Assembly (NCBI GenBank): GCA_963718895.1
Contig: CAVRAG010000008.1
Coordinates: 960,001 to 1,024,000, forward strand
DNA: 64,000 bases
Source: an uncultured Nitrososphaerota archaeon
GTDB taxonomy: Archaea; Thermoproteota; Nitrososphaeria; Nitrososphaerales; Gagatemarchaeaceae
Direction: 5' to 3'
The position numbers and the translations under genes are program-made. Positions 10,096 to 20,019 of this stretch are shown one piece after another. The first letter of the stretch is position 1; each line of letters begins with the position of its first letter. The notes below the pieces were generated by a model that was not told the origin of the DNA, searched no databases, and worked only from the letters and a program-made list of their open reading frames with translations.

Positions 10096-10494
10096 ATGGA
10101 TGCGAAAATCACCTCGATTGCGCTGGTCGTAAAGAACAAGGCGGAGGCGCTGGAGTTCTACACCGAGAAGGCGGGCTTCGAGAAGAAGACGGATTACACC
10201 AATGGCGGGTACAGGTATGTTACGGTCGGCCCCAAGGGACAAGATCTGGAACTGGTCCTCTGGCAGGAGGGGTCACCAGAACTGGGCGGCTCGTCCAGCC
10301 AGTTGAAGGCAGGGATGTATCCCCCGATTGTGATGCTCGTCGATGACGTTCGCAAGACCTCGGCCGAGCTGAAGGCCCACGGGGTGCAGTTCAAGCAGGA
10401 GCCGCAGGAGTTCGCCTGGGGGGTATCGGCCACATTCGCAGACCCAGACGGGAACCGCTTCTCAATCAATAGACTCTCCCAGAAGAACCCCTGA
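10096..10494 (+). CDS. VOC/glyoxalase-family protein
   Basis: ALEFYTEKAGF and FADPDGN motifs; ATG at 10096. Confidence 0.9.
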   Translation: MDAKITSIALVVKNKAEALEFYTEKAGFEKKTDYTNGGYRYVTVGPKGQDLELVLWQEGSPELGGSSSQLKAGMYPPIVMLVDDVRKTSAELKAHGVQFKQEPQEFAWGVSATFADPDGNRFSINRLSQKNP

Positions 10495-10536
10495 ACTCGA
10501 AAAAGATATTTAATCTCTGGAGAAGAATAGAATTCC

Positions 10537-11007
10537 ATGGCACCTGCACAGAAGGGCACACAAAAGTCCGCCGGGAGCGCCACCGCGACCAGCAAGAAGT
10601 CCGAGGGTTTCACGGACGAGGAACGAGCCGCGATGAAGGAGCGCGTCCAAGAGATGAAGGCGGACAAGGAAAAAGTAGAGGGGGAAAGCGCCGTACTCGC
10701 GAAAATCGCTGAAATGTCGGAACCGGATCGCACTATGGCCAAGCGACTCCACACTGTCATCAAAGCCAGCGCGCCTGGGCTCACGCCTAGACTCTGGTAC
10801 GGGATGCCCGCGTATTCCAAGGACGGCAACGTCGTCTTCTCCTTCAAACCAGCGGAGAAGTTCAAAATGAGGTATGCGACCTTTGAATTCAGCGACGAGG
10901 CGAACCTCGACGAAGGCTCCATGTGGCCGGTCGCCTTCGCATTGAAGGGGTTGACCGCCGCCGAAGAGGCGAGGATCGTCGCGCTCGTGAAGAAAGCGGT
11001 GAGCTAA
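10537..11007 (+). CDS. DUF1801 (YdhG-like) protein
   Basis: [19 protein letters not shown]; [11 protein letters not shown]. Confidence 0.85.
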   Translation: MAPAQKGTQKSAGSATATSKKSEGFTDEERAAMKERVQEMKADKEKVEGESAVLAKIAEMSEPDRTMAKRLHTVIKASAPGLTPRLWYGMPAYSKDGNVVFSFKPAEKFKMRYATFEFSDEANLDEGSMWPVAFALKGLTAAEEARIVALVKKAVS

Positions 11008-11435
11008 AGGCGAAGTCACGCACGAGTCCCTCCCCGGAGGGCACTTCGGCCTCTCAACAGATAGACGCGATAATCAAGGAGCCGGGTGACTGGCGGGGCA
11101 AGGCATTATCGCAGCTGCGTACTCTAATCAAGAAAGCCGACCCCGCCGTGGTCGAAGAAGTGAAGTGGAAGAAACCCACCAACCCAATGGGAGTCCCCGT
11201 CTGGTCACATGACGGAATTGTCTGCACAGGAGGGACGCTCAAGAACGCCGTGAGGCTGACATTCCTCAAAGGTGCTCAGATGAAGGATCCAAGGAAGCTC
11301 TTCAACGCGAGTCTGAAAGGGAACGCGCTGCGTGCCATCGACTTCCACGAAGGTGACGCTGTAGATGAGGCTGCGTTAAGGGCACTCATCCTCGAGGCAG
11401 TAGAGCTGAACACGTCGAAAGTGCGCGAGCGATAA
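10923..11435 (+). CDS. DUF1801 (YdhG-like) protein; start uncertain (~11005)
   Basis: DWRG...EEVKW...PVWSHDG...[12 protein letters not shown]; no clean start codon after the upstream stop. Confidence 0.8.
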   Translation: MAGRLRIEGVDRRRRGEDRRAREESGELKAKSRTSPSPEGTSASQQIDAIIKEPGDWRGKALSQLRTLIKKADPAVVEEVKWKKPTNPMGVPVWSHDGIVCTGGTLKNAVRLTFLKGAQMKDPRKLFNASLKGNALRAIDFHEGDAVDEAALRALILEAVELNTSKVRER

Positions 11436-11549
11436 GGCCTTGGCAGACTGAGAAGGAACGTTCCGAGTTCGAATGGGGTTCGGATCCGTTGACCTCCGAG
11501 AGCGGTTTTCCCCGGTCAGTCAATGATTCGTCGGGCTGAGCAGGAAAGC

Positions 11550-11634
11550 GGGCCGAAAGGGACCTACCCCTTGCAGGGGGTTGAACCTACGTCCAAAGCC
11601 ACGAGGGTTCGAGCCGCAGTCGGTCTCGAACCTT
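11550..11634 (-). repeat. tRNA-Ile 3'-end remnant with 62-nt structured insertion (copy A)
   Basis: gggccgaaaggga[62 nt]ctcgaacc versus tRNA gggccggaaggga-ttcgaacc; homologous over its full length to 15659-15746. Confidence 0.75.
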
Positions 11635-11713
11635 CCTATCATGTAGATATCATCAGGTCGTGGATGTTCGCGTCCCACTTTTCGAGACGCGCCATGCACT
11701 CCAGGACATCCTG

Positions 11714-13573
11714 CTACACCAGCAGCAGCCAAGCGGCAAAGATGACTAACGTAGCGATGAAGAGCCCCGCCCAAAGCCGCTTGCTGTGGTCGAAGATGTC
11801 TTTCCCGCTCATTGGAGAAATAGGAAAGGTGTAGAAGAAAGCGCCTATCACGCACATGGACAGGCCAGCTCCGCCAACGGCGGTGTAACCTCCCTTCAAG
11901 AGCAGGAAGAACAGCCCGGCAAAGGCCAGGTAGATGAGAACTCCAGACGCAGAGACTATGGCGCCCAACTTCTCCGTGAACTTCTTGGAGTTCACGTCCC
12001 GCGTAGGCGAAGAGAAAGGAACCTTGAAGACGAAGGTGGTGAAAAGAAAGAGGACGAGCCCCAGGGGCCAGATCACGTGCTCACTCCACACGCCCTTCAT
12101 TCGCAGGTACACTATGGAGAAGAAGCTCTGAACAAATGCAACGACAAAGCTTGTGGCGAGGAAGACCGGGAGCAACGCCCAAATCTGGCTCAGTGTAATG
12201 ACCTTGACGTAGGAGAAGGAAACAGCCAGGACGATTATGGACACGATGTACGCTAGGACTTCAGGTTTGGTGGGCCTGAAGAGAGAACCTTTCTTTTCTT
12301 TTGCATCGAGCTTGCGCTTGGATTCAATTACTTCTTCGAACCATTGTCTTATGTTGTCAGGGATTACGCCCTCGGTCTTGTCGGCGAGCGTTCCACCCAA
12401 GCCACCCAGGGGGTTGCTTATGGCGGCAAAGATCAGCGAAGCTGCTCCCACTATCGCCGCGGATACGCCCACCGCAGCAACCGCATTAGTTGGCGTGGGA
12501 ACCCAGACCTGCTGCACGATGTCTTGCGTAGAAGACGTTGTCGTCTGAACAATGCTTGATGTAGTGGTGGTGGACGCTGATGTAGTTGAACTGGTGGACC
12601 CGGATGCGGTGGATGAATCTGATATGACAGAGACCGTGCCCTCGCCTTCGTTGGCTACGAAGATCTCGCCCCTAGCAGGGTCATAGGCGGCGCCGTAAGG
12701 ATTGATCCCCACGGTTACAGTTGCGACGACGGAGTTGTTGCTGTCGGACATGACCGAGACCGAGGCCGAACCTCTGTTGAGCACGAATATCAGGCCCTTA
12801 GCAGGATCATAGATCGTGCCCCCGGGAGTGGTCCCCACCGTTGTGGTTGCGACGACGGAGTTGTTGCTGTCGGATATGACCGAAACGCTGCCTGAGACGG
12901 AATTGGCCACGAATACCTCGCCCTTGGCGGAATCATAGACTACGCCCAGGGGACCGCTTCCCACAGAGATGGTCGCGACCACCTGATTGCTGCTGTCCGA
13001 TATGACTGAGACAGAGCGGGAGTAGCTGTTGGCCACAAAGATCTCGCCTTTGGACGAATCATAGCCCAGGTCGTATGGACCGCTCCCCACAGGCACAGTT
13101 GCTACGACGGTATTGCTCTTGTCTGAGATGACGGAGACGGTGCCGGCGCCGGAATTGGCCACGAATACCTCGCCCCTAGCGGAATCATAGGCAAAGGATG
13201 AAGGGAAGGTCCCAACGGGCACCGTTGCTACTACTGTGTTGGTCTTGTCCGAGATGACTGAGACGGAGTTGGCACCATAGTTGGCAACGAAGACATCGCC
13301 TTGGCCGGAATCATAGACATCCCTGTATGGCGAGTGCCCCACGGTCACAGTTGCCCGCACGGCATAGCTGCTGTCCGACAGTACCACGACGGTGCCCGCG
13401 CTGGAATTGACCACGAATATTTCGGCCTTGCCGGAATCGTAGGCGACTCCATAGGGAGCGCCTCCAACCTTTATGGTTGAGATTACTCCGACGGCATGGA
13501 CCGCGCCCGCTGCTGACAAAGCAAGAACCACGATGAATGATAGGCCCAAGAGCGTCGAAACTTTGAAGCCCAT
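11714..13573 (-). CDS. Secreted YVTN/YncE beta-propeller, Ser/Thr linker and degenerate M50 (site-2 protease)-like membrane domain
   Basis: Signal peptide, ~7 YDSxKGEIFVAN..VSVISD repeats, C-terminal multi-TM region resembling archaeal M50 without HExxH. Confidence 0.8.
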   Translation of the reverse strand: MGFKVSTLLGLSFIVVLALSAAGAVHAVGVISTIKVGGAPYGVAYDSGKAEIFVVNSSAGTVVVLSDSSYAVRATVTVGHSPYRDVYDSGQGDVFVANYGANSVSVISDKTNTVVATVPVGTFPSSFAYDSARGEVFVANSGAGTVSVISDKSNTVVATVPVGSGPYDLGYDSSKGEIFVANSYSRSVSVISDSSNQVVATISVGSGPLGVVYDSAKGEVFVANSVSGSVSVISDSNNSVVATTTVGTTPGGTIYDPAKGLIFVLNRGSASVSVMSDSNNSVVATVTVGINPYGAAYDPARGEIFVANEGEGTVSVISDSSTASGSTSSTTSASTTTTSSIVQTTTSSTQDIVQQVWVPTPTNAVAAVGVSAAIVGAASLIFAAISNPLGGLGGTLADKTEGVIPDNIRQWFEEVIESKRKLDAKEKKGSLFRPTKPEVLAYIVSIIVLAVSFSYVKVITLSQIWALLPVFLATSFVVAFVQSFFSIVYLRMKGVWSEHVIWPLGLVLFLFTTFVFKVPFSSPTRDVNSKKFTEKLGAIVSASGVLIYLAFAGLFFLLLKGGYTAVGGAGLSMCVIGAFFYTFPISPMSGKDIFDHSKRLWAGLFIATLVIFAAWLLLV

Positions 13574-13665
13574 GATCGCTCACCAGCCTCGCTGGCAGGA
13601 TGAGGAAGATCGACTGTGACGCGATGAGTACAGAGGGGCCAACGTATGCGGAGGGAACGCAGAAG

Positions 13666-14868
13666 TCATTCTGTCGTACCGCGCCTTCTGTCCCTCTTCT
13701 GCGCGATGAGCGACAACGAGAGGACCACTCCGACCTGGACGGCCACGAGCACCAGGTAAGAAGCAGGGAGCGACGTGCTGGATGCTTGGCTTGATGTGGC
13801 GCTCTGGGTCGTGGTCGGACTTTGGCTGGTGGCTGTCGCGGAACTAGTCGCGATCGTTGATGCGGAAGAAGAATCTGAAAAGATATCGAGCGCGGCTGGC
13901 GTTGATCCGATGATTTCGCCCTTGCCAGAATCATACACTACCGACCCTAGTGAATTGGGAACTTGTGCGACCACTGCATTGTTGCTATCCGATATCACCG
14001 AGTTACCTACGAATATTTCGCCTTTGGCAGAATCATACGCTATGCCCTGAACTCCTGATAGCCCGGTCACGTTTGCAACCACTGCGTTTGAGCTGTCCGA
14101 GATGACCGAAACACCGTTGTAGCCGTTCGCCGCGAAGATTTCTCCTTTACTGGAATCATAAACTAAGCCAGAGGCGGTGACCCCGTTTATGGTTGCTACT
14201 ACGGTGTTGGTGCTATCAGATATTACTGAGATGCCCGGGCCAGAATTAGCGACGAAGATTTCGCCCTTGCCAGAATCATAAGCCATCTCTCTGGGGAAAA
14301 TTCCCACACCAACAAATGCGGTTACTGTATTGGTGCTATCCGATATGACGTAGACGCCTCCGAAGACATTTTGGCCGTTGCCTGCATCGGCAAGAAATAT
14401 CTCTCCTTTGGCGGAGTCATAAGCTACACCCCAAGGAAGCCACCATGAACCCGATGTCACGTTTGCAACCACTCGGTTTGTACTACCAGATAGAACCCAA
14501 ACCGCGGGAGGGATACCCTGAGCAGTTCCACTGCCTGAGGAGAGGAATATCTCGTGTTGTCCAGAATCGTAAGTCATCTCTGTCAGGAATCCGGGATACC
14601 CGGCTATGGTTACCGTTGCGACCACTTGGTTTGTACCATCAGATACAGCCGAAATGCCAGAGTAGCCTACCACGAATATTTCGCCATTGCTATAATCATA
14701 AGCCATTGCGCCGCTAATCTTGGGTATCGTGGAGGATACTGCCAGTGTTGGAATAGCATGAACACTGCTGATTGCTGAAAACGCAAAGGTCGTGATGAAT
14801 ACCAAGCCTAAGAGTTTCCAAACTCTAACTTTCATAAACACTCTCAACCTTCTGGCACCCATCGCCAA
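13666..14868 (-). CDS. Secreted YVTN/YncE beta-propeller protein with C-terminal TM anchor
   Basis: Signal peptide, YDSxKGEIF repeats, Ser/Thr linker, TM followed by a basic tail. Confidence 0.85.
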   Translation of the reverse strand: MAMGARRLRVFMKVRVWKLLGLVFITTFAFSAISSVHAIPTLAVSSTIPKISGAMAYDYSNGEIFVVGYSGISAVSDGTNQVVATVTIAGYPGFLTEMTYDSGQHEIFLSSGSGTAQGIPPAVWVLSGSTNRVVANVTSGSWWLPWGVAYDSAKGEIFLADAGNGQNVFGGVYVISDSTNTVTAFVGVGIFPREMAYDSGKGEIFVANSGPGISVISDSTNTVVATINGVTASGLVYDSSKGEIFAANGYNGVSVISDSSNAVVANVTGLSGVQGIAYDSAKGEIFVGNSVISDSNNAVVAQVPNSLGSVVYDSGKGEIIGSTPAALDIFSDSSSASTIATSSATATSQSPTTTQSATSSQASSTSLPASYLVLVAVQVGVVLSLSLIAQKRDRRRGTTE

Positions 14869-15091
14869 GCCGAACTCCTCCCATATAGGACTTTTGCAAT
14901 TCCTACAACATAAGTTGTTGCTTCAGGAGAGTCTTATATCATCTGCCCGTCGAAACGATTGCAAATCAGGTTCTGCGAGTCGTTCTTGAAGCGCCGGGTC
15001 ACAGCCCCGCGAGACCGTCGCGCTTCTCCGGAAGATGAAATGGCCCATGCGTTCTCGGCATCTGCTTCAAGACCTATGAATTCTATGACAT

Positions 15092-15361
15092 ATGTTCTTT
15101 TTTAATGCAAAGTTTATAACGCAAAGCCAGTATCGGTTATCAGAGGGATTCGAATTGGCCCAACAAACGACCACTGCGATAAAAGGGAATACGCATGCGA
15201 TGATCCTGGCTGTGTTAGGAGTGATTGCATTTATCGCCGGAGTCGCGGTATCGACCATCCACGGGACCGGTCTGCGTGGCTCGGGCTTGGGAACCCTTCT
15301 CATCGTGGCCGGCGTAGTGCTACTGATCATCTCCTACCTGCGTTTCTCTCGAAAGGTCTAG
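15092..15361 (+). CDS. Small two-TM membrane protein (start probably downstream, ~15155)
   Basis: Two hydrophobic helices and a basic C-terminus. Confidence 0.55.
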   Translation: MFFFNAKFITQSQYRLSEGFELAQQTTTAIKGNTHAMILAVLGVIAFIAGVAVSTIHGTGLRGSGLGTLLIVAGVVLLIISYLRFSRKV

Positions 15362-15658
15362 CAGAAGCCCAACCCTAGGAACTTGAAGTCGTTCTCACGA
15401 TCGATCTGGGTTTCAGAGATCATGACGCGCTCAGATTCGGGATTGGCGCACTGGCCAGGGAAGGTGGGTCGACGGGCGGAGTCGCTCGTGCCATCGCCCT
15501 CCTAGTGGTTATCGCGCTTACAGCGTCCGCCACCGTCCCCCTCCTGGTCGCGCCCTCCCCGGCAGGGGCAGCTACTCTATACAGGTCTGACGTGGTAATC
15601 TGATGACGACTTTGAGTCAACCTTCGGAAGCAGAAAAATGCGGCCCGCTGGCAAATGA

Positions 15659-15746
15659 TGGTGGGCCGGAAGGGACCTACCCCTTGCAGGGGTGGACCCT
15701 GAGCCCAGAGCTACAAGGGTTCGAGCCGCGACTGGTTTCGAACCTT
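15659..15746 (-). repeat. tRNA-Ile 3'-end remnant ending ACCA with 61-nt structured insertion (copy B)
   Basis: tggtgggccggaaggga[61 nt]ttcgaacc; 15 nt identical to 27705-27719. Confidence 0.8.
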
Positions 15747-15847
15747 GTTGCCGTAGCATGTTACTGTCGGTCTCGGTTTACTATCCCCACAGTCGGGCCC
15801 TCCTAAATTCACTCACAATAGGTCTGGTCATTTGACCGGGACGAACA

Positions 15848-17035
15848 CTACAGGACCCGGTCGACAAGAGGTATCTTCCTGATAAGATAGGCCAGCCCCC
15901 AGGTCGAGGGCACTATCATCACCGCTGCCAAGCCAAACTTGAGCAGCGACTCTAACTGGACCTGATAGAGCACGAGAGCCGAGAACATGACTATGACGGT
16001 GGCCTGCAGGAAGTACGCGGCGTAGAAGTTCTTCGCGGCAAAGCTCCAGAGTCTTCCCGGGGAGTTGAAGCGCTTGCGGAAGAACGAGATGGCGAACATG
16101 GTCATCCCCACAGCGAAGGTGGAATCCCAGAGCGCGTAGATGGCGGAGGACAACGACCCGTATCCGACCAGGCTGCCCCAGCCAAGCGAGCTCACTTCTG
16201 TGCCGATTATCGCAAGGACAAGCAGCGTCGCGCTCGCGATGAGGGCGATCTCAAAGAAGCGCTTCGCCATGGCGTCGGGCATCTTCCTCAGCCAGTCGCC
16301 GCGGGCGGCCATCGTCCCGACGATGAAGAAGCTCAGATACTGCGGCAGGTCGAAGAGGGAGGGGAAACCGAGCACTTGGGCATCTAGTGGCACCACGATT
16401 CTTAGCGCATAGGCAGCCGCAGCAAGGATCAGGATGAAGGCAGCTATCTTCCGGTATGATGGGAAAGAGCGGGCTTCTTTCGTTGCCCTGTCTCTCACAG
16501 CCACGCGCCAGATGACATAGCCGAACTCGAAGATGAGCAGCAGCTCGACGAACCAGAGAGGCCCGGTGCCCACCGACTGGGTAATGAAGGTCAGGTTCAA
16601 TCCCATGGGGGCAGTAATCCCCTGCTGGACCAGCTGATCAGCAGTCATGTGATAGAACGCTAGGTAGATGGTCAGCGGGTTGATGACGAAGAAGAAGACG
16701 GCGAGCGGGATGAACAGACGAATCAGCCTGTCCTTGATGAACAGCTTGGCACCCTTCCGGTCAAAAGAGCCAGGCGTGAAGTAGGCGGAGAGCAGGAAGA
16801 AGGCGCCGAGGAACCAGGCCTGGTTGAAGTTCGTGAGGAGAGTCAGCACCAGCGAGGCAACCGGGTCGGTTGCAGGCTCCGTGTAGTAGAAGGACCCTGA
16901 CCCTCCGTAGGTGATCGCCGTATGATGGAGGATCACGAGGCTCACCAGCGCCCCCCTGAGGTAGTCTACAAAGTAGATGCGCGTCTTACCGGGTTTGGTC
17001 CCCTTTTCCACCGGCGCCGGGCCCTGCGCGCTCAC
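15848..17035 (-). CDS. Acyltransferase-3 family (OpgC/MdoC-like) membrane acyltransferase
   Basis: RIYFVDYLRG...HHTAITYG, FFLLSAYF, GPLWF; GTG start at 17035 overlaps the upstream stop. Confidence 0.85.
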   Translation of the reverse strand: MSAQGPAPVEKGTKPGKTRIYFVDYLRGALVSLVILHHTAITYGGSGSFYYTEPATDPVASLVLTLLTNFNQAWFLGAFFLLSAYFTPGSFDRKGAKLFIKDRLIRLFIPLAVFFFVINPLTIYLAFYHMTADQLVQQGITAPMGLNLTFITQSVGTGPLWFVELLLIFEFGYVIWRVAVRDRATKEARSFPSYRKIAAFILILAAAAYALRIVVPLDAQVLGFPSLFDLPQYLSFFIVGTMAARGDWLRKMPDAMAKRFFEIALIASATLLVLAIIGTEVSSLGWGSLVGYGSLSSAIYALWDSTFAVGMTMFAISFFRKRFNSPGRLWSFAAKNFYAAYFLQATVIVMFSALVLYQVQLESLLKFGLAAVMIVPSTWGLAYLIRKIPLVDRVL

Positions 17036-17187
17036 TTCCAAAGCACCCCAAGCACCACTATCACCGCCCCGACAACGAGCAGCGGGGCGGCGTACGGGTC
17101 TCCGAGACCTCCGATGCCGACGCGGACCACACCGATCAACGCGACTATGGCGCCCACCAGCAGGAGCCTGAGTTTCATGGCTTTCAT
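17032..17187 (-). CDS. 51-aa two-TM membrane protein (not in ORF track)
   Basis: MKAMKLRLLLVGAIVALIGVVRVGIGGLGDPYAAPLLVVGAVIVVLGVLWK*; GTGA overlap with the acyltransferase start. Confidence 0.7.
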   Translation of the reverse strand: MKAMKLRLLLVGAIVALIGVVRVGIGGLGDPYAAPLLVVGAVIVVLGVLWK

Positions 17188-17230
17188 GCACTCCACCTCC
17201 CTGGCCGCGGGAAGTATCGGGCCAGCCCGA

Positions 17231-17968
17231 CTACTTCCATTTCGTGAGTATCTCCTCTCTGCGGAAAGTGGCTCTGGCGACGTAAAGGAGCAGCAGGTCG
17301 ACCACCAGTAGGATGACGGCGATGATGAGGAGGACGCCCGTGTTGCCGAGCGGTACTATGCCGATTTCGCCGCCGACGTAGACCCCAGCGAACGGGAGTA
17401 TCAAGAGCATGCCGACCTGTTGCGCAACCCGAACGTCGCTCACCCTAGACGAGACGATGACGTTCCATTCAACACTCATTATCGCTGCGAGAGGGACGGC
17501 GAGCAAGAAGACGATGACAGCATTCCAGTTGGGAAAGAAGTAGTAACCCAATGTACCGTGTGTCACGAGGTCAATGAGGGTCATGTAGATTGCAGCCCCG
17601 ACCAGGATCGCGCCTATGGGCGGCAGGAATGATGAGATTCCCTTTCCCAGCAGGATTTCGCCGTCGGTGGTGGGGGTTGCCAGGAGCCGCTCGAAGCTCT
17701 TCTCGACTTTTTCGCCGATTATGCTGTAGGATGCGATCGTAGTCGGAATCAGGCCTGCGAGGATGAGGAAGAAGAAGGTGAGCGCCGGAAGAAGGTATGT
17801 GAGTTCGGAGGCGGCAATCCCGCTTTCAAGCTCGACATAGTAGATCACGACGGGAAGGAAGATCGCGGCAAGCAAGGGGATGACGAAGGCCGAATAGATT
17901 ATGTTCTTCTTCTTCAAGAACGTCTTGAAGTCCTTCGAGGCGATTATCCAGGATTTCGAGAGTCTCAA
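17231..17968 (-). CDS. ABC-2 type permease
   Basis: SIIGEKVEKSFERLLATP..GEILLGK motif; six TMs. Confidence 0.9.
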   Translation of the reverse strand: MRLSKSWIIASKDFKTFLKKKNIIYSAFVIPLLAAIFLPVVIYYVELESGIAASELTYLLPALTFFFLILAGLIPTTIASYSIIGEKVEKSFERLLATPTTDGEILLGKGISSFLPPIGAILVGAAIYMTLIDLVTHGTLGYYFFPNWNAVIVFLLAVPLAAIMSVEWNVIVSSRVSDVRVAQQVGMLLILPFAGVYVGGEIGIVPLGNTGVLLIIAVILLVVDLLLLYVARATFRREEILTKWK

Positions 17969-18888
17969 TTGTTGTCACGCCTCACGAGCTTCAGGTACGC
18001 ATCCTCCAGGGTTGAGCCGACGACTGTGACGGATTGGACATGGCCGCCGGCCTGGTAGATCGCGTCCGTGATGGCGACGTTCTCTTTCTCTGGATCCTTG
18101 ACATCGAATGTCAGTTTGTTGCCGTCGATTGACAAGTCTACGGGTGACAGTTTCCTCAGCGCGGCGAGGATCGCGTCGTTCACCTCCACGACCTGAACCA
18201 CGGTCTTCCTCCCGCTTACCGAACGCTCCAACTCTTCCGGGGTGCCCAGCGCCATCAGCTTCGTGTTCAGGATTGCAATCCTGTCGCAGATTCTCTGCGC
18301 CTCATCCAGGTTGTGCGTGTTCAGAAAGATGGTCCTTCTCTCTCTCTTCAGCTCCAGGATGAAGTCCCTGACCGTCTTCGCCGACTCTGGGTCGAGGTTC
18401 GCCGTTGGCTCGTCCATGAAGAGTATCTGTGGGTCGTGGATGAGGGCGCACGCTATCCCGAGCTTCTGCTTCATCCCCTTCGAGTAGGTGCCGACCGCGG
18501 CGTCTTTCCTCTCCCAGAGCCCCAGCATCATGAGGAACCTCCGGATGTTCTCCTTCCTCTGCGCCTCCGTGCAGTCATAGAGCTTCCCGTAAAAGTCCAG
18601 GTTGTCGTAGGCGCTGAGGGCATCGTAGAGGCCCACGTTGTCGGGGACGAACCCGACGAGCTTCCTTATCTTGAGTGACTCAGCTTCGTTACTAACGTCA
18701 TAGCCAGCGACCCTCGCATCACCGCTGGTCTTTGATATCAGACAGCAGAGCATTCTGACCGTGGTGGTCTTCCCCGCTCCGTTGGGCCCGAGGAACCCAA
18801 AGACCTCTCCCTCCTCGACTCGGAGGGTCACGCCATCGACCGCGGTCAGGTCCCCGAATTTCTTGGTCAGGTTAACTGTCTCGATCAA
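17965..18888 (-). CDS. ABC exporter ATP-binding protein
   Basis: GPNGAGKT, YSKGM, DEPT, H-loop. Confidence 0.95.
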   Translation of the reverse strand: MIETVNLTKKFGDLTAVDGVTLRVEEGEVFGFLGPNGAGKTTTVRMLCCLISKTSGDARVAGYDVSNEAESLKIRKLVGFVPDNVGLYDALSAYDNLDFYGKLYDCTEAQRKENIRRFLMMLGLWERKDAAVGTYSKGMKQKLGIACALIHDPQILFMDEPTANLDPESAKTVRDFILELKRERRTIFLNTHNLDEAQRICDRIAILNTKLMALGTPEELERSVSGRKTVVQVVEVNDAILAALRKLSPVDLSIDGNKLTFDVKDPEKENVAITDAIYQAGGHVQSVTVVGSTLEDAYLKLVRRDNN

Positions 18889-18950
18889 TCACACCACAAC
18901 GGCTCGACGTTTTGAAGAACGCCCCTGGCGGGTAGTTAAACGGGGGAGAT

Positions 18951-18968
18951 AGTTCACTTTAGTGAACT
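18951..18968. promoter_or_regulatory. Palindromic operator between divergent ABC and regulator genes
   Basis: Perfect inverted repeat agttcact-tt-agtgaact, flanked by TATA-like ttaaa and tttata. Confidence 0.65.
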
Positions 18969-19019
18969 CGCACCATCATTTTATAGCGAGCGGATTCTGA
19001 TTCTGGAATAGTCTGCCCA

Positions 19020-19664
19020 TTGGAAAGCGATGTCCTGCAACAGCAGCGCATAGAGGCCGAACTGATCGCCGCGAGGCTCTTCCGATTCAGGGCAAGAAGG
19101 GGCCTTGGAGTACTCTACTCTCTCGCTTCAGTGGTACCTCTGATGGCAATCATCCTCTACGTCACGGTTCCAATCCCGTTCGCAATCGCTGGAGCGATAG
19201 CCGGCAGCGTCGCTGTCTGGTTTGTCGCGAGGTTGTGCGGATACGGCGGATTCTCGAGGATGCAGTACAGCCTGGACTTCCTGAAGGGAGAGGGAGGGAC
19301 GACCTACGATGAGAGGAGGGGCCGCTGGTTGTCTTGGCGCAACTTCGCTTGGTTCTTCTTGACCGTCGGGCCCTGGCTTGGATACACGATCGCCAATGAA
19401 GAGGGCTATCCTATCTTTTCAGGGATGTCCCTCGTGATTGTGGCCTTGATCTTGGGATTTTCACAAGCGACGAAGCAGGATCGCATCGTCGAAAGAAGGG
19501 TGGAAGACTGGGCATTCGTAGCGGGGATGATCCTAATCGCCTTCGCGGCCATCCTCCCCGGAGCTCCGGCATGGACCTGGGTTCTCGCGTCACCTCTCTT
19601 TGTATTCTGTGGAACGAAATCGCTCTACGAGGCACCCAAGGAGTTTGCACTGGTTGCCTCCTGA
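19020..19664 (+). CDS. Multi-TM membrane protein
   Basis: About six hydrophobic segments; co-oriented with the wHTH gene. Confidence 0.7.
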   Translation: MESDVLQQQRIEAELIAARLFRFRARRGLGVLYSLASVVPLMAIILYVTVPIPFAIAGAIAGSVAVWFVARLCGYGGFSRMQYSLDFLKGEGGTTYDERRGRWLSWRNFAWFFLTVGPWLGYTIANEEGYPIFSGMSLVIVALILGFSQATKQDRIVERRVEDWAFVAGMILIAFAAILPGAPAWTWVLASPLFVFCGTKSLYEAPKEFALVAS

Positions 19665-20019
19665 GTCGGGACAGGGCGACAGCCGGGTGGGAAAGGAAGA
19701 GGAGGACCTGGTTTCTGACGTGGGATTACCCGGACCGTTTTCGGTCTCGACACGGGTGGGAATAATGACTGCTCTTCTCGGATTCAAGAGGACCACCTTC
19801 ACGGAATTGCTCCTTGCCGTCAAGACTCCGAAGAGCTCGCTCAACAAGAATCTCGGGATCCTGGAAGACTATGGACTCATCAAGCAACGCAAGGCTTTTG
19901 TCCTCGCCCCGGGCCCGAGGACAGTCATCGAGATAACCCCTGAAGGAGAGGAAGCCACCAAGAAGCACCTTGAATTCATGCGCACTCTGGCAGACCGACT
20001 TCTCGGACCGAAGGAATAA
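19600..20019 (+). CDS. Winged-helix (HTH_34/ArsR-like) regulator; true start downstream of ~19650
   Basis: TRVGIMTAL...TFTEL...SSLNKNLGILEDYGLI...PRTVIEITPEG. Confidence 0.85.
   Translation: MYSVERNRSTRHPRSLHWLPPESGQGDSRVGKEEEDLVSDVGLPGPFSVSTRVGIMTALLGFKRTTFTELLLAVKTPKSSLNKNLGILEDYGLIKQRKAFVLAPGPRTVIEITPEGEEATKKHLEFMRTLADRLLGPKE

Noticed and set aside
12620-14720. Regularly spaced ~125-nt DNA repeats (gaatcatag...)
   Set aside because: Explained by YVTN propeller blade coding repeats; not a CRISPR array
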